From: Candidatus Culexmicrobium cathedralense
GTDB lineage: Archaea > Thermoproteota > Methanomethylicia > Culexarchaeales > Culexmicrobiaceae
Reading direction: 5' to 3'
NCBI GenBank assembly: GCA_025061115.1
Contig: JANZKC010000002.1
Span: 288,001-352,000, forward strand
DNA: 64,000 nt
In this document: piece by piece, positions 41,227-50,026 of the stretch
Position numbering within the stretch: position 1 is the first letter of the stretch
Layout of the letters: the number at the start of each line of letters is the position of its first letter
The notes under the pieces: generated by a model
Database searches by the model: none
What the model saw: the letters and a program-made list of their open reading frames with translations, nothing else
What the model was told of the DNA's origin: nothing
Position numbers and translations under genes: made by a program

Positions 41227-42184
41227 GACTACTCACCTTAAATGCAGGGTAAAGATCCAATACTTGAAAGTCCTCAGCAACAATGACGTTGGGAAAGATA
41301 GAGCTAGCCTGGCTCAAAATCTTAGAGACATCCCCCTCATAGCGTGCACTTATGTGAGTTAACGCTAAGTACTTCACGCCAGCCTTAAGTGCAATTTCAG
41401 CAGCTTGACTAGCAGTTGTATGACCATCCTCCGCAGCTTTAACAGACAACGAATCATCAAAAGTAGCCTCGTGAATAAGTAAATCCGCACCTCTAGCCAA
41501 CTCGACGACAGAGCTGCAAGGCCTGGTATCACCGGAATAAGCAACCTTAACTCCAGGCTTTGGAGGACCTAAAACTTGCGTGGGCTCAACAACCCTACCA
41601 TCAGGAAGCTTAACTGAAAATCCCATCTGCAATCTCTTCCAGAGAGGACCTCGAGGCACACCTAGAGAAATTGCCTTTTCAGGATAAAAGGTTCCCGGCC
41701 TAGGCTTCTCAACAATCGCATATGCTAAGCACGGCACCGTGTGGCAAGCCCACCTAGCTTCAACAACATACTCCTTCTCATCTAAAACAACACCCTCCTC
41801 AACCTCGAAAACCCTAACATCAAATGTCAATGCGAAACGCACGGTTCTCTTAACAGCATCTATAAAGTCGAAAACACCCTTAGGACCATATATTTCAAGT
41901 GGAGCTGAGCGATCCAAAAGCGACATGGTCTGAAGCAGGCCGGGAAGACCAAGGACGTGATCTCCATGCAAGTGGCTTATGAATATCCTGAACTTCGATG
42001 GAAAACCAATTCCAGCGCGAATAAACTGCCTCTGAGCACCTTCACCGCAATCAAAAAGCAATAGTTCACCCTTACGCCTAACTGCTATGCAGGGTAAGCT
42101 TCTACTTGGAGTTGGCACGCTTCCAGCAGTTCCCAAAAAGATTACTTGAAACTGCAAGGCCACCACCAAATCAATTACTTCCAC
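41216..42184 (-). CDS. rnz: Ribonuclease Z (start probably ~42160)
   Basis: FLGTAGSVP, DCGEGAQ, SHLHGDH, GP flexible arm, SGDT, HEATF, THISARY. Confidence 0.96.
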   Translation of the reverse strand: MEVIDLVVALQFQVIFLGTAGSVPTPSRSLPCIAVRRKGELLLFDCGEGAQRQFIRAGIGFPSKFRIFISHLHGDHVLGLPGLLQTMSLLDRSAPLEIYGPKGVFDFIDAVKRTVRFALTFDVRVFEVEEGVVLDEKEYVVEARWACHTVPCLAYAIVEKPRPGTFYPEKAISLGVPRGPLWKRLQMGFSVKLPDGRVVEPTQVLGPPKPGVKVAYSGDTRPCSSVVELARGADLLIHEATFDDSLSVKAAEDGHTTASQAAEIALKAGVKYLALTHISARYEGDVSKILSQASSIFPNVIVAEDFQVLDLYPAFKVSSLAT

Positions 42185-43227
42185 TACCGCTTAAGTACTG
42201 CGATAGTTCTAGTTAAACTTCTATGAACCCGCATCCTATGAACTTCAACAACTTTAAACCCAGCCTCCACACTTAAATCCTCCAGCATAAGCTCAAAGGG
42301 AGCTGCAATACACAAATAACCACCCACCCTCAACACTCCATAAGCCTCATGCAGGAAATCCCTGAGAAGCTCTTCAAGGCGGAAGCCCGCAGTAGATGCA
42401 GACCTACCATATGGAGGGTCGGTGGCAATGCAGTCAACCCTACGAAATGGCAAATGCCTCGCATCTCCAATCATTATCGAAACAGGATTAACACCAAAAA
42501 AATTCAAATTAGCCTTAGCACCAGAAACCATCTTTCGATCAATGTCCAAGCCGACAACCCTACAGCCTACAAGGCCGGCTTCAATTAGAAAGCCGCCCGC
42601 ACCGCAGAATGGGTCAAGAAAGATGTCGCCCCTCCTAGCCCTGCACAAATTCACGAAAAGCCTAGAGATTCTAGCATCTAAGGAGCTTGGATGAAAGAAT
42701 GGACGAAACTTAGGCCTTCTAGCATTGAAATCACCCCTCCTAACCCTACCAATCGCTAAGCCCAAAACGAAGATATCACCCGTCAGCACTCCTTGAAGTA
42801 GAAATTCAGGATTATTTAGATCAACCTTAGCTTCCCCACTTAATGACGAGTATATAATAGCTCCAATCTCCCTCTCCAAAACCCTCGTTGATATATGAGG
42901 AGAAGAGCGCATCACCCTCCTAACTCTAACCGCATACCTTCCACCCCTAATGAACGACCAGTCAACCTCTCTACAAGAAGCGAAAATTTCATCATAATCC
43001 GCTGAACAGCAAAATAGCTCCTCACAGCAAGAAAAAGTCATTGAGGCCCTACTGCAAACAGCACTGCAAGCTTCAAGCTCAGCTTCCAGGCGAAGCACGG
43101 CCGGCAGCCGCTGAAGAACACTAAAACACACACTTTCAGCTTCCAATATAGCTAAAACTTCCGAGAAAGGCAATGAAGGATGCTCCCCAGAAACTATGAA
43201 GAAAAGCCTCATAATAGATGAGCTCAT
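42184..43227 (-). CDS. trm11: tRNA (guanine(10)-N2)-dimethyltransferase Trm11/TrmG10
   Basis: SGEHP, THUMP domain, RPFFHP, DPFCGAG, TDPPYGR, VHRSLTR. Confidence 0.9.
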   Translation of the reverse strand: MSSSIMRLFFIVSGEHPSLPFSEVLAILEAESVCFSVLQRLPAVLRLEAELEACSAVCSRASMTFSCCEELFCCSADYDEIFASCREVDWSFIRGGRYAVRVRRVMRSSPHISTRVLEREIGAIIYSSLSGEAKVDLNNPEFLLQGVLTGDIFVLGLAIGRVRRGDFNARRPKFRPFFHPSSLDARISRLFVNLCRARRGDIFLDPFCGAGGFLIEAGLVGCRVVGLDIDRKMVSGAKANLNFFGVNPVSIMIGDARHLPFRRVDCIATDPPYGRSASTAGFRLEELLRDFLHEAYGVLRVGGYLCIAAPFELMLEDLSVEAGFKVVEVHRMRVHRSLTRTIAVLKR

Positions 43228-43265
43228 GCCAGGTAAACCTCTGAAGCCAAATAAGGAAGCTGGAC

Positions 43266-44147
43266 CTACAAGGCGCGCTTCAAAGCATGAGCAATAGCAG
43301 GTGCAACAGATACTTTGCTAAACTTATTCTCAATGGTATCCGTCCCAATAACTTCACGCACGCCAGCACGCTTCAACTTATTAAATGCATTGCCAACCAT
43401 AAGCGCATGAGTACAAGATGCATAGACGCACTTTGCCCCCAAATCCAAGGATATTTTAGTTGCATTTGCAATCGTCCCTCCCGTGCTAATTATATCATCT
43501 ACAATTATAACCTCCCTACCCTTAACATCAACTTCCTTGAAAATCGTCTCCACCTCTCCAGTAACTTTGTCTCTAACTTTCATCAAGTAGTCACATGGAG
43601 CGCCCAACCTTTGAGCGACAACCTTAATCATGGAGTAAGCCTTAAAGTCGGGCGCGAGCACAAATGGGTTAGACAACTTCATCTTAGCAAGGAAATCGCC
43701 AATCAATGGCATTGCAGAAACTTCAATAACGTCAACGTCGAAATGCTCAAGAACTGCCTTGCTGTGAGCATCAACCAGTACAACAGCATCAACTCCAACG
43801 CACTCCAACAGCTTAGCCACCACTCCAATGCTAACCGGTTCACCGCTCCTAAACCTCTTATCCTGCCTCATGTACGCCAAATAGGGAACAACAGCAAAAA
43901 CTTCACTTGCACCAAGATCCCTCACCAGATTCAACATCAGGAAAAGCTCCATCAACCTCTTATCCTGAGGCGGCGGATTTGATTGAACAACAATAACCCT
44001 TTCTCCCTTCAAGTCCCTCGGCAACCTAATGTAGCTCTCACCATCAGGAAAGAGCTTCCACTCAACATTAACTAGATCAGCCTCAAGAAGCTCCGAAATC
44101 CTCTCACTCAACATGGGTGAAGCCGGGCCAGCAACAACCAACATCAT
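43266..44147 (-). CDS. prs: Ribose-phosphate pyrophosphokinase
   Basis: FPDGE, PYLAYMRQD, DAH, VDDIISTGGT, TDTI. Confidence 0.95.
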   Translation of the reverse strand: MMLVVAGPASPMLSERISELLEADLVNVEWKLFPDGESYIRLPRDLKGERVIVVQSNPPPQDKRLMELFLMLNLVRDLGASEVFAVVPYLAYMRQDKRFRSGEPVSIGVVAKLLECVGVDAVVLVDAHSKAVLEHFDVDVIEVSAMPLIGDFLAKMKLSNPFVLAPDFKAYSMIKVVAQRLGAPCDYLMKVRDKVTGEVETIFKEVDVKGREVIIVDDIISTGGTIANATKISLDLGAKCVYASCTHALMVGNAFNKLKRAGVREVIGTDTIENKFSKVSVAPAIAHALKRAL

Positions 44148-44229
44148 GAAACACCACAGAAATATAGGCTAGCAGCTCATAATTATTTTGTGTAGGATCA
44201 AATTGGAGGTTTAAGCTCTGAAAGAAGCA

Positions 44230-45264
44230 ATGCTTTATGAAAGCCTTGAAGATAAAAGCGTTAAATGCAATTTATGCGCAAGAAGATGCCTAATTAGAGA
44301 TGGGCATCTTGGATTTTGCAGAGTTAGGAAGAATATTGATGGAAAGCTCTACACGCTAGTTTATGGAAAGGTAGTTTCAGCAGCAGTAGACCCAATAGAG
44401 AAAAAACCCCTATTCCACTTTCACCCAGGGTCATCGGTAATGTCAATAGCAACAATCGGCTGCAACTTCCGCTGCAAATTCTGCGATAACTGGGTCATAA
44501 GCCAAGAAGAAGAAATTTATGGGAAGAAACTGCCGCCCGAAAAGGTTGTTGAACTAGCTTTAAAGTACAATTGCCAAGGCATAAGCTACACGTACACCGA
44601 ACCAACAATATTCTTCGAGTACGCATACGATACAGCGAAAATGGCCAAGGAGAAGGGGCTGTTCAACACCTTCGTAACCAACGGCTACATGACTCCAGAG
44701 GCAGTTGAAAAAATAGCTCCATACCTGGATGCAGCCACGGTGGACTTCAAAGGCTCAGCAAACCCGGAATTTTACAGGAAATTCTCAGGAGTCCCAAAAG
44801 TCGAGCCAATATTTGAAAGCCTACTGGAAATGAAGAGGCAAGGCATATTCATAGAAATAACAAATCTGATCGTTCCAAAGTACGGAGATTCCATGGAAGA
44901 CATGAAAAAACTTGCAAGGTGGATAGTGGAAAACCTAGGCCCCGAAACACCACTCCACATACTGCAATTCCACCCAGACTACCAATTAATAGACATCCCA
45001 TCAACACCGCTTGAATCCCTGGAAAAAGCACGCAAAATTGCATTGGAAGAAGGCTTGCATTACGTCTATATAGGAAATGTCCCAGGACACGAAGGGGAAA
45101 ACACCTACTGCCCGAAATGCGGCGAACTACTAATTGAACGCTACGCATTCACAATAATAACATGGAAAGTCACAGGCGATGGAAAGTGCCCCAACTGCGG
45201 CTTTAAAATAAACGTTGTTGGAAAAAACCTCGGCAGGAGGTCTCCACAACATGTCGTCCTCTAG
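44230..45264 (+). CDS. amrS: AmmeMemoRadiSam radical SAM enzyme, copy 1
   Basis: CNLCARRC, DPIEKKPLFHF, GCNFRCKFCDNW, YTYTEP, YVYIGNV, TYCPKC. Confidence 0.92.
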   Translation: MLYESLEDKSVKCNLCARRCLIRDGHLGFCRVRKNIDGKLYTLVYGKVVSAAVDPIEKKPLFHFHPGSSVMSIATIGCNFRCKFCDNWVISQEEEIYGKKLPPEKVVELALKYNCQGISYTYTEPTIFFEYAYDTAKMAKEKGLFNTFVTNGYMTPEAVEKIAPYLDAATVDFKGSANPEFYRKFSGVPKVEPIFESLLEMKRQGIFIEITNLIVPKYGDSMEDMKKLARWIVENLGPETPLHILQFHPDYQLIDIPSTPLESLEKARKIALEEGLHYVYIGNVPGHEGENTYCPKCGELLIERYAFTIITWKVTGDGKCPNCGFKINVVGKNLGRRSPQHVVL

Positions 45265-45477
45265 AGGCGTAAGGGAAGCTTCAATGTATAGGACTTTAAG
45301 TGAAAATAAAGCTCAATGCATGGTATGCCCTAGAAAATGCATAATACCTGAAGGCAAAAGAGGCTTCTGTCAAACAAGGGAAAACAGAGGTGGAAAAATA
45401 TACACATTAATTTATGGAGAGATAACTGCCCTCGCATGCGACCCAATAGAGAAAAAACCCCTATTCCACTTTCACCC
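44389..45477 (+). repeat. 38-bp perfect direct repeat (44389-44426 = 45440-45477) in tandem amrS genes
   Basis: gacccaatagagaaaaaacccctattccactttcaccc occurs twice. Confidence 0.93.
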
Positions 45478-46315
45478 GGGAAGCCTCACATTCTCAATCT
45501 CCACGGTAGGGTGCTCATTCAAATGCCCCTGGTGCCAAAATTGGGAGATTAGCCAGTCAAAGCCAGGTGAAATACCCACAGTTCACCACGAGCCGGAAAG
45601 CATCGTCAAGCTAGCTAAAAGATATAGGTGCAACTCAATATCATACACCTACAATGAGCCCATAATATGGTACGAGTACGTTCTCGACACAGCGAAGGAA
45701 GCAAGAAAACATGGATTGCTAAACGTGCTAGTGACCAACGGATACATCTCAACTGAAGCACTGGCAGAGCTAGCACCATACATCGACGCTGCAAATGTTG
45801 ACGTTAAATCGTGGACGAGACACGTATACGTGGAGTACTGCAAAGCAGAGCTGGAGCCAGTACTTGAAGCATGCCAAGAAATGATTAAAAGGGGAATTCA
45901 TGTCGAATTAACCTACCTTGTCATACCCAAAATAAACGACGATGAAAGCCTATTCAAAGGCTTCTCCAAATGGGCACTAGACCACCTAGGCCCAGACACA
46001 CCCATACACTTCTCACGCTTCTACCCCCACTACAAGATGACGCACATACCCCCAACCCCAATTGAAAAACTTGAAAAAGCTAGACAGATAGCACTAGATA
46101 CTGGCTTACATTACGTCTACGTAGGAAACGTTCCAGGACACGAAGGGGAAAACACGTACTGCCCAAGCTGCAAAGAGCCAGTAATAACTAGATACGGATT
46201 CAGCATAACATCTCACTCCATAACCAAAGACATGAAATGCGCGCATTGCGGTGAAAAAATAAAGATAATTGGGCAAATCACCGAACGAAAGCGGTGGCGC
46301 TGGCTCTTCATGTAA
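45251..46315 (+). CDS. amrS: AmmeMemoRadiSam radical SAM enzyme, copy 2
   Basis: CMVCPRKC, DPIEKKPLFHF, GCSFKCPWCQNW, YTYNEP, HFSRFYP, TYCPSC. Confidence 0.92.
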   Translation: MSSSRGVREASMYRTLSENKAQCMVCPRKCIIPEGKRGFCQTRENRGGKIYTLIYGEITALACDPIEKKPLFHFHPGSLTFSISTVGCSFKCPWCQNWEISQSKPGEIPTVHHEPESIVKLAKRYRCNSISYTYNEPIIWYEYVLDTAKEARKHGLLNVLVTNGYISTEALAELAPYIDAANVDVKSWTRHVYVEYCKAELEPVLEACQEMIKRGIHVELTYLVIPKINDDESLFKGFSKWALDHLGPDTPIHFSRFYPHYKMTHIPPTPIEKLEKARQIALDTGLHYVYVGNVPGHEGENTYCPSCKEPVITRYGFSITSHSITKDMKCAHCGEKIKIIGQITERKRWRWLFM

Positions 46316-46432
46316 AACATAAAATCACAAATAATTCCAGCAAAATAACGATAATTAAGCACATTTAATCAACTTCATTTAGCTACAACGAAACTGAGAA
46401 GGCTTTCACCCATTAACACTCAAAATCGTAGG

Positions 46433-46532
46433 TGGTGCGGCGGCCGGGATTCGAACCCGGGTGCCCTGGGCTTCCATCGCGCCTTTCAGGCGTGGCAGGC
46501 CTGCGTCCTAGACCAAGCTAGACGACCGCCGC
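46433..46532 (-). tRNA. tRNA-Gly(GCC) with 22-nt intron at non-canonical position 45/46 (intron 46463-46484)
   Basis: Acceptor GCGGCGG/CCGCCGC-A-CCA; anticodon arm CAGGC-CTGCCAC-GCCTG; BHB-type motif whose cleavage restores a 4-nt variable loop. Confidence 0.93.
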
Positions 46533-46631
46533 CACCGTAAATTGATTTTAAATGCTTGTCTTTAAGCCTTTCTCTTCGCTTACGCCAAAGTTTATTTAGA
46601 GGATCGTTTAATGGCTTTCGGAGGATTGCCC

Positions 46632-46985
46632 TTGAGCGAAAGCGGGTTTATCCAATGCCCATGCGGCAGAGTGATCAAGAGCCCAAGGGAATATAGGCTT
46701 GTTTTCCTGAGAAGAGGAGCCCTCGAAGTAGATATTCTATGTCCCAACGAAGTTTGCTACTTAAAGGAGCTTGGATATGTTCGATTTAAGATCGACGACG
46801 ATTCTGTTAAATTTGAGAAGGCAGAGTTCTACCCTCCATTCGTAACTTGGAACTCCAGTAGACTTGGCTACGAGAAAACTTCAAGGATGCTGAAGGAGCA
46901 CCTGAAGACGATCATAAAGGAACTCATCGACTGGGAGCAAGTGAAGGAAGTTCTAAAAGAAGTTAAAGCTAAATTCCCAGGTTGA
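46632..46985 (+). CDS. Hypothetical protein with CPC...CPNxxC putative Zn site
   Basis: TTG start after GGAGGA; four Cys; co-oriented with the DUF1177 gene. Confidence 0.65.
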   Translation: MSESGFIQCPCGRVIKSPREYRLVFLRRGALEVDILCPNEVCYLKELGYVRFKIDDDSVKFEKAEFYPPFVTWNSSRLGYEKTSRMLKEHLKTIIKELIDWEQVKEVLKEVKAKFPG

Positions 46986-46998
46986 CCTCAAGTTCTTA

Positions 46999-47946
46999 AT
47001 GGTGATGAACTTGACCTGCATGAAGCAAGTTATTGAGGCGGCCGACCTACTTGAAAGCGCATACGTTACAGGAAGGAAAGTCAAGGATGTCTTAACCTCC
47101 AGAGGTCTAAGAGAAATTGAAGTTGAAAAAATAGAGGGTGAGAAGGGCTCAACCGACTTCATAAAAGTAATCGTACCTGGAAGAAATGGTAAAATGACTG
47201 GAGGAAAAGCCCCAACACTAGGCATTATAGGTAGGCTTGGAGGAGTAGGCGCTAGGCCAGCCATGATAGGATTAGTTTCAGATGCAGACGGAGCCATCGT
47301 AGCTTTAGCATGCGCGCTAAAGCTTGCGGACATGGCCAATGGAGGCGATGTACTTGAAGGCGACGTCATAATAACAACGCACATATGCCCAAACGCTCCA
47401 ACAACTCCCCACGAGCCAGTTCCATTCATGGGCTCACCAGTCGACATATTCACTATACTTCAAAAGGAAGTGGACGGGCAAATGGACGCCATATTATCCA
47501 TTGACGCTACGAAGGGCAATAGAGTCATCAAAGTTGAAGGATTCGCAATAACTCCAACAGTCAAGGATGGCTGGATACTGAAAGTCAGCGACGACCTAAT
47601 AGACATTTACGAAAGAGTTACTGGCAAAACAGTTGCAGTTGTGCCAATAACTATGCAGGACATAACCCCCTATGGAACAGGAATATACCACATAAACAGC
47701 ATAATGCAGCCATGGCTAATGACCAGCGCTCCAGTAGTTGGAGTAGCAATCACAGCAAAGCTTCCCGTAGCGGGCTGCGCTACTGGAGCAACTTACATAA
47801 CAAGCTTGGAAGCTGCAGCCAGATTCTGCATTGAAGTAGCCAAAGACTACACCTCCGGAAAATGCAAGTTCTATGATGAAAACGAATTTAAAAAGATATT
47901 AGAGATATTCGGAGACATGGAAAAACTAAGAAAAATACCTAAGTAA
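46999..47946 (+). CDS. DUF1177-family protein (YhfZ/YhfU-like cluster family)
   Basis: APTLGIIGRLGGVGARP, VSDADGA, THICP.AP..PH.PVPFM, DATKGNR, HINSI.QP. Confidence 0.85.
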   Translation: MVMNLTCMKQVIEAADLLESAYVTGRKVKDVLTSRGLREIEVEKIEGEKGSTDFIKVIVPGRNGKMTGGKAPTLGIIGRLGGVGARPAMIGLVSDADGAIVALACALKLADMANGGDVLEGDVIITTHICPNAPTTPHEPVPFMGSPVDIFTILQKEVDGQMDAILSIDATKGNRVIKVEGFAITPTVKDGWILKVSDDLIDIYERVTGKTVAVVPITMQDITPYGTGIYHINSIMQPWLMTSAPVVGVAITAKLPVAGCATGATYITSLEAAARFCIEVAKDYTSGKCKFYDENEFKKILEIFGDMEKLRKIPK

Positions 47947-48132
47947 AACAAGCAAATAATCAAATACAACATCAAAGGGCAGACAGTAATCAGCTTCATC
48001 AACAAAGCCTTCACCACCCCTCTCTTTAATAACAAGCAGTGCATCTAAAAGCGAAGCTTGAAGGCCCTTTCCATAAAGGGCTAAACTAAGCTCCAAACAA
48101 CGTGACATTAAGAGAAAGTCAATTAAAATCAA
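47926..48132 (-). CDS. Small hypothetical protein
   Basis: 60-68 aa ORF filling the gap, in line with the upstream - strand operon. Confidence 0.35.
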   Translation of the reverse strand: MILIDFLLMSRCLELSLALYGKGLQASLLDALLVIKERGGEGFVDEADYCLPFDVVFDYLLVLLRYFS

Positions 48133-48937
48133 ACTGAAGTTTAGCTAAAGCTGCAAGGCTAACTTCAACATCTCTCCAACATAAATTTTCAATTATTAGA
48201 GGGCCGGACAACTCTCTTCGTGCAATTTCCTCCAAAGCACCAATCCAATTCAGCGAGCCATCACCTAAAGCTAAGTGGAGATCGCTTTTACAATCATTAT
48301 CGCTGATGTGAAAGTAAGCTATCCTGCCAGAAAGCTTAACAACATAATCCATAAAATAGCCTCTAAGAAAAGCGTGAGGAATGTCAAGAGCCATCATAAA
48401 AGAATTCGAAAGCTTGAAAAAATCCCTAAAGTCATCCGGCGTAAGTATGAAAGCTCTAGAAGAAGCAGAATTTTCAAGGAGAGGAGTTATTCCATACTCA
48501 TCACACTCATCGCCAATTTCCGCGAGAAAGCGTATGCTCTCACTTCTAGGCTCATCAATATCTCTAAAGATGAAAGTAAATGCATCCCTAAATCCAGAGT
48601 GAAAAACCAGATACCTACAGTCAAGCCTCCTAGCGTGATCCACGCACTTCAACGTTAAATCCCAACAATACTTTCTAGACATAATATTTGTAGCTCCAAC
48701 ATTAACAGCCGCATACGGTGCGTGCATTGAAAGCTCAATGTCGAAACTTGAAGCCAATCCCTTAAGGAACAATAGCTTTTCCTCTCCATCTATGAAGTGA
48801 AGGCCATCATCCACGAACTCCCAAAGAGAGCTAGGCTTCCTGCACATGACATTCCGTAATTCCGTTATTGGCTTATTCAAAGCGCAGAGAGTGGATATAC
48901 CAATTTTAAAGCGCATAATGACACCTAGTAATACCAC
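48119..48937 (-). CDS. Xylose isomerase-like / AP endonuclease 2 TIM-barrel protein
   Basis: SMHAPY, VFHSG, LLEN, LDIPHA, FHISDN, DLHLALGDG, IIEN. Confidence 0.85.
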   Translation of the reverse strand: MVLLGVIMRFKIGISTLCALNKPITELRNVMCRKPSSLWEFVDDGLHFIDGEEKLLFLKGLASSFDIELSMHAPYAAVNVGATNIMSRKYCWDLTLKCVDHARRLDCRYLVFHSGFRDAFTFIFRDIDEPRSESIRFLAEIGDECDEYGITPLLENSASSRAFILTPDDFRDFFKLSNSFMMALDIPHAFLRGYFMDYVVKLSGRIAYFHISDNDCKSDLHLALGDGSLNWIGALEEIARRELSGPLIIENLCWRDVEVSLAALAKLQFDFN

Positions 48938-49950
48938 GTCCGAGTAAACTTATGCTCAGAGAGCAATTGAAGATTCAGATTGCCCCTAGCTCTACAAATG
49001 GAAGCTAAAATGCAATCTCCGGGGCAGTCGCCAATTAAATCAACCAGCGAACATCCATCCTTACTGCAGCCAAAAGCGCAGACTGGACGATCCCTACTAC
49101 AGCAATTTTTGCCTAAAAGCCACAGGAAATCATCAAGCAACGTTGGCTTAATTTTAGCAAATGCAGATGTAAGTTTAAAGGCCTCCTTAATCCTCATTCT
49201 CATGGCGTAATCTTCAGTGAAAGTGAATTCCTGGTGCCGCTCAATTTTCCTCATAGTCTCATCATCAACGGAAATCAAACCCACTCTAAGAGCAATTCTA
49301 CTCAAATGATTATCAACTGGCACTTCAAGCTTATCTTCATCGACAACATTAATGAAAGCCCTACGCTCAAGAAACTTAACCAGCAAAAATGATTTCTTCC
49401 CAACAGGGTCCTCGTAAGCCCTAAACCTCCTCAATCGCTCAATCAAGCCCTCTCCATTTCTAAATAGAAAGCCCCCTGACGCTTCAACCAAATTTAAAGC
49501 CGACCCACCATACTCCTCAATAAGCCTTGCAGCTGCATCCCTAAGCAGAAAAGCGCGGACATCAGGATCCCAAACCTCCCTTGGATACGGCTTCTCAACT
49601 TTAAGCCAATCTGCAACTTCGCTTGCAGTAATATTCACCATGCGCTTGGGAGTGAAGAAATCAGGGTCCTCATCAAGCTTCAGCTTGCCAAGCCTCCAAA
49701 GGAGGCTAGCTCCCCTAAGCATTTCACCTTCAACCAGCCCTTCGAAGGGCACGCCATCAAGATCAGTTCTATGGTCAATTGCGACCATGAAAAAGAAGTA
49801 ATTAACTGCTAAATCAGCACTGCAATTTAAATCAGGATAGAAGCGCGAGTCAGTGAAGGATTCAAACCTCATACGTAGCTTCCTAAGCAAGAGGCCAAAA
49901 TGCTGACAAGATTCAATGTTTAAACTAACCCTCAAAGCAACCCTCCTCAA
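48925..49950 (-). CDS. HhH-fold N-glycosylase-like protein (queuosine-salvage Qng1/DUF2419-like) with C-terminal Cys cluster
   Basis: FFMVAIDHRT, FRAYEDPVGKK, VPVDNHLSRIALRVG, LDDFLW, Cys-rich tail. Confidence 0.55.
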   Translation of the reverse strand: MRRVALRVSLNIESCQHFGLLLRKLRMRFESFTDSRFYPDLNCSADLAVNYFFFMVAIDHRTDLDGVPFEGLVEGEMLRGASLLWRLGKLKLDEDPDFFTPKRMVNITASEVADWLKVEKPYPREVWDPDVRAFLLRDAAARLIEEYGGSALNLVEASGGFLFRNGEGLIERLRRFRAYEDPVGKKSFLLVKFLERRAFINVVDEDKLEVPVDNHLSRIALRVGLISVDDETMRKIERHQEFTFTEDYAMRMRIKEAFKLTSAFAKIKPTLLDDFLWLLGKNCCSRDRPVCAFGCSKDGCSLVDLIGDCPGDCILASICRARGNLNLQLLSEHKFTRTWYY

Positions 49951-50026
49951 ACATCAACAACAAATATAAGTTCACGCATTAAAAGCTAACTCTAAATATA
50001 AGGATGAGAAACTGAGTAGAGCAGAA

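Noticed and set aside
43287-43982. 231-aa + strand ORF, and many other long antisense ORFs (e.g. 5402-5929, 21947-22519, 26205-26816)
   Set aside because: They lie opposite well-supported genes, have no motifs, and are expected from the biased codon usage.
46461-46486. Long variable arm suggesting tRNA-Sec or a type II tRNA
   Set aside because: The anticodon is GCC with a standard 7/5 fold, and the extra sequence forms a BHB whose removal gives a normal tRNA-Gly.
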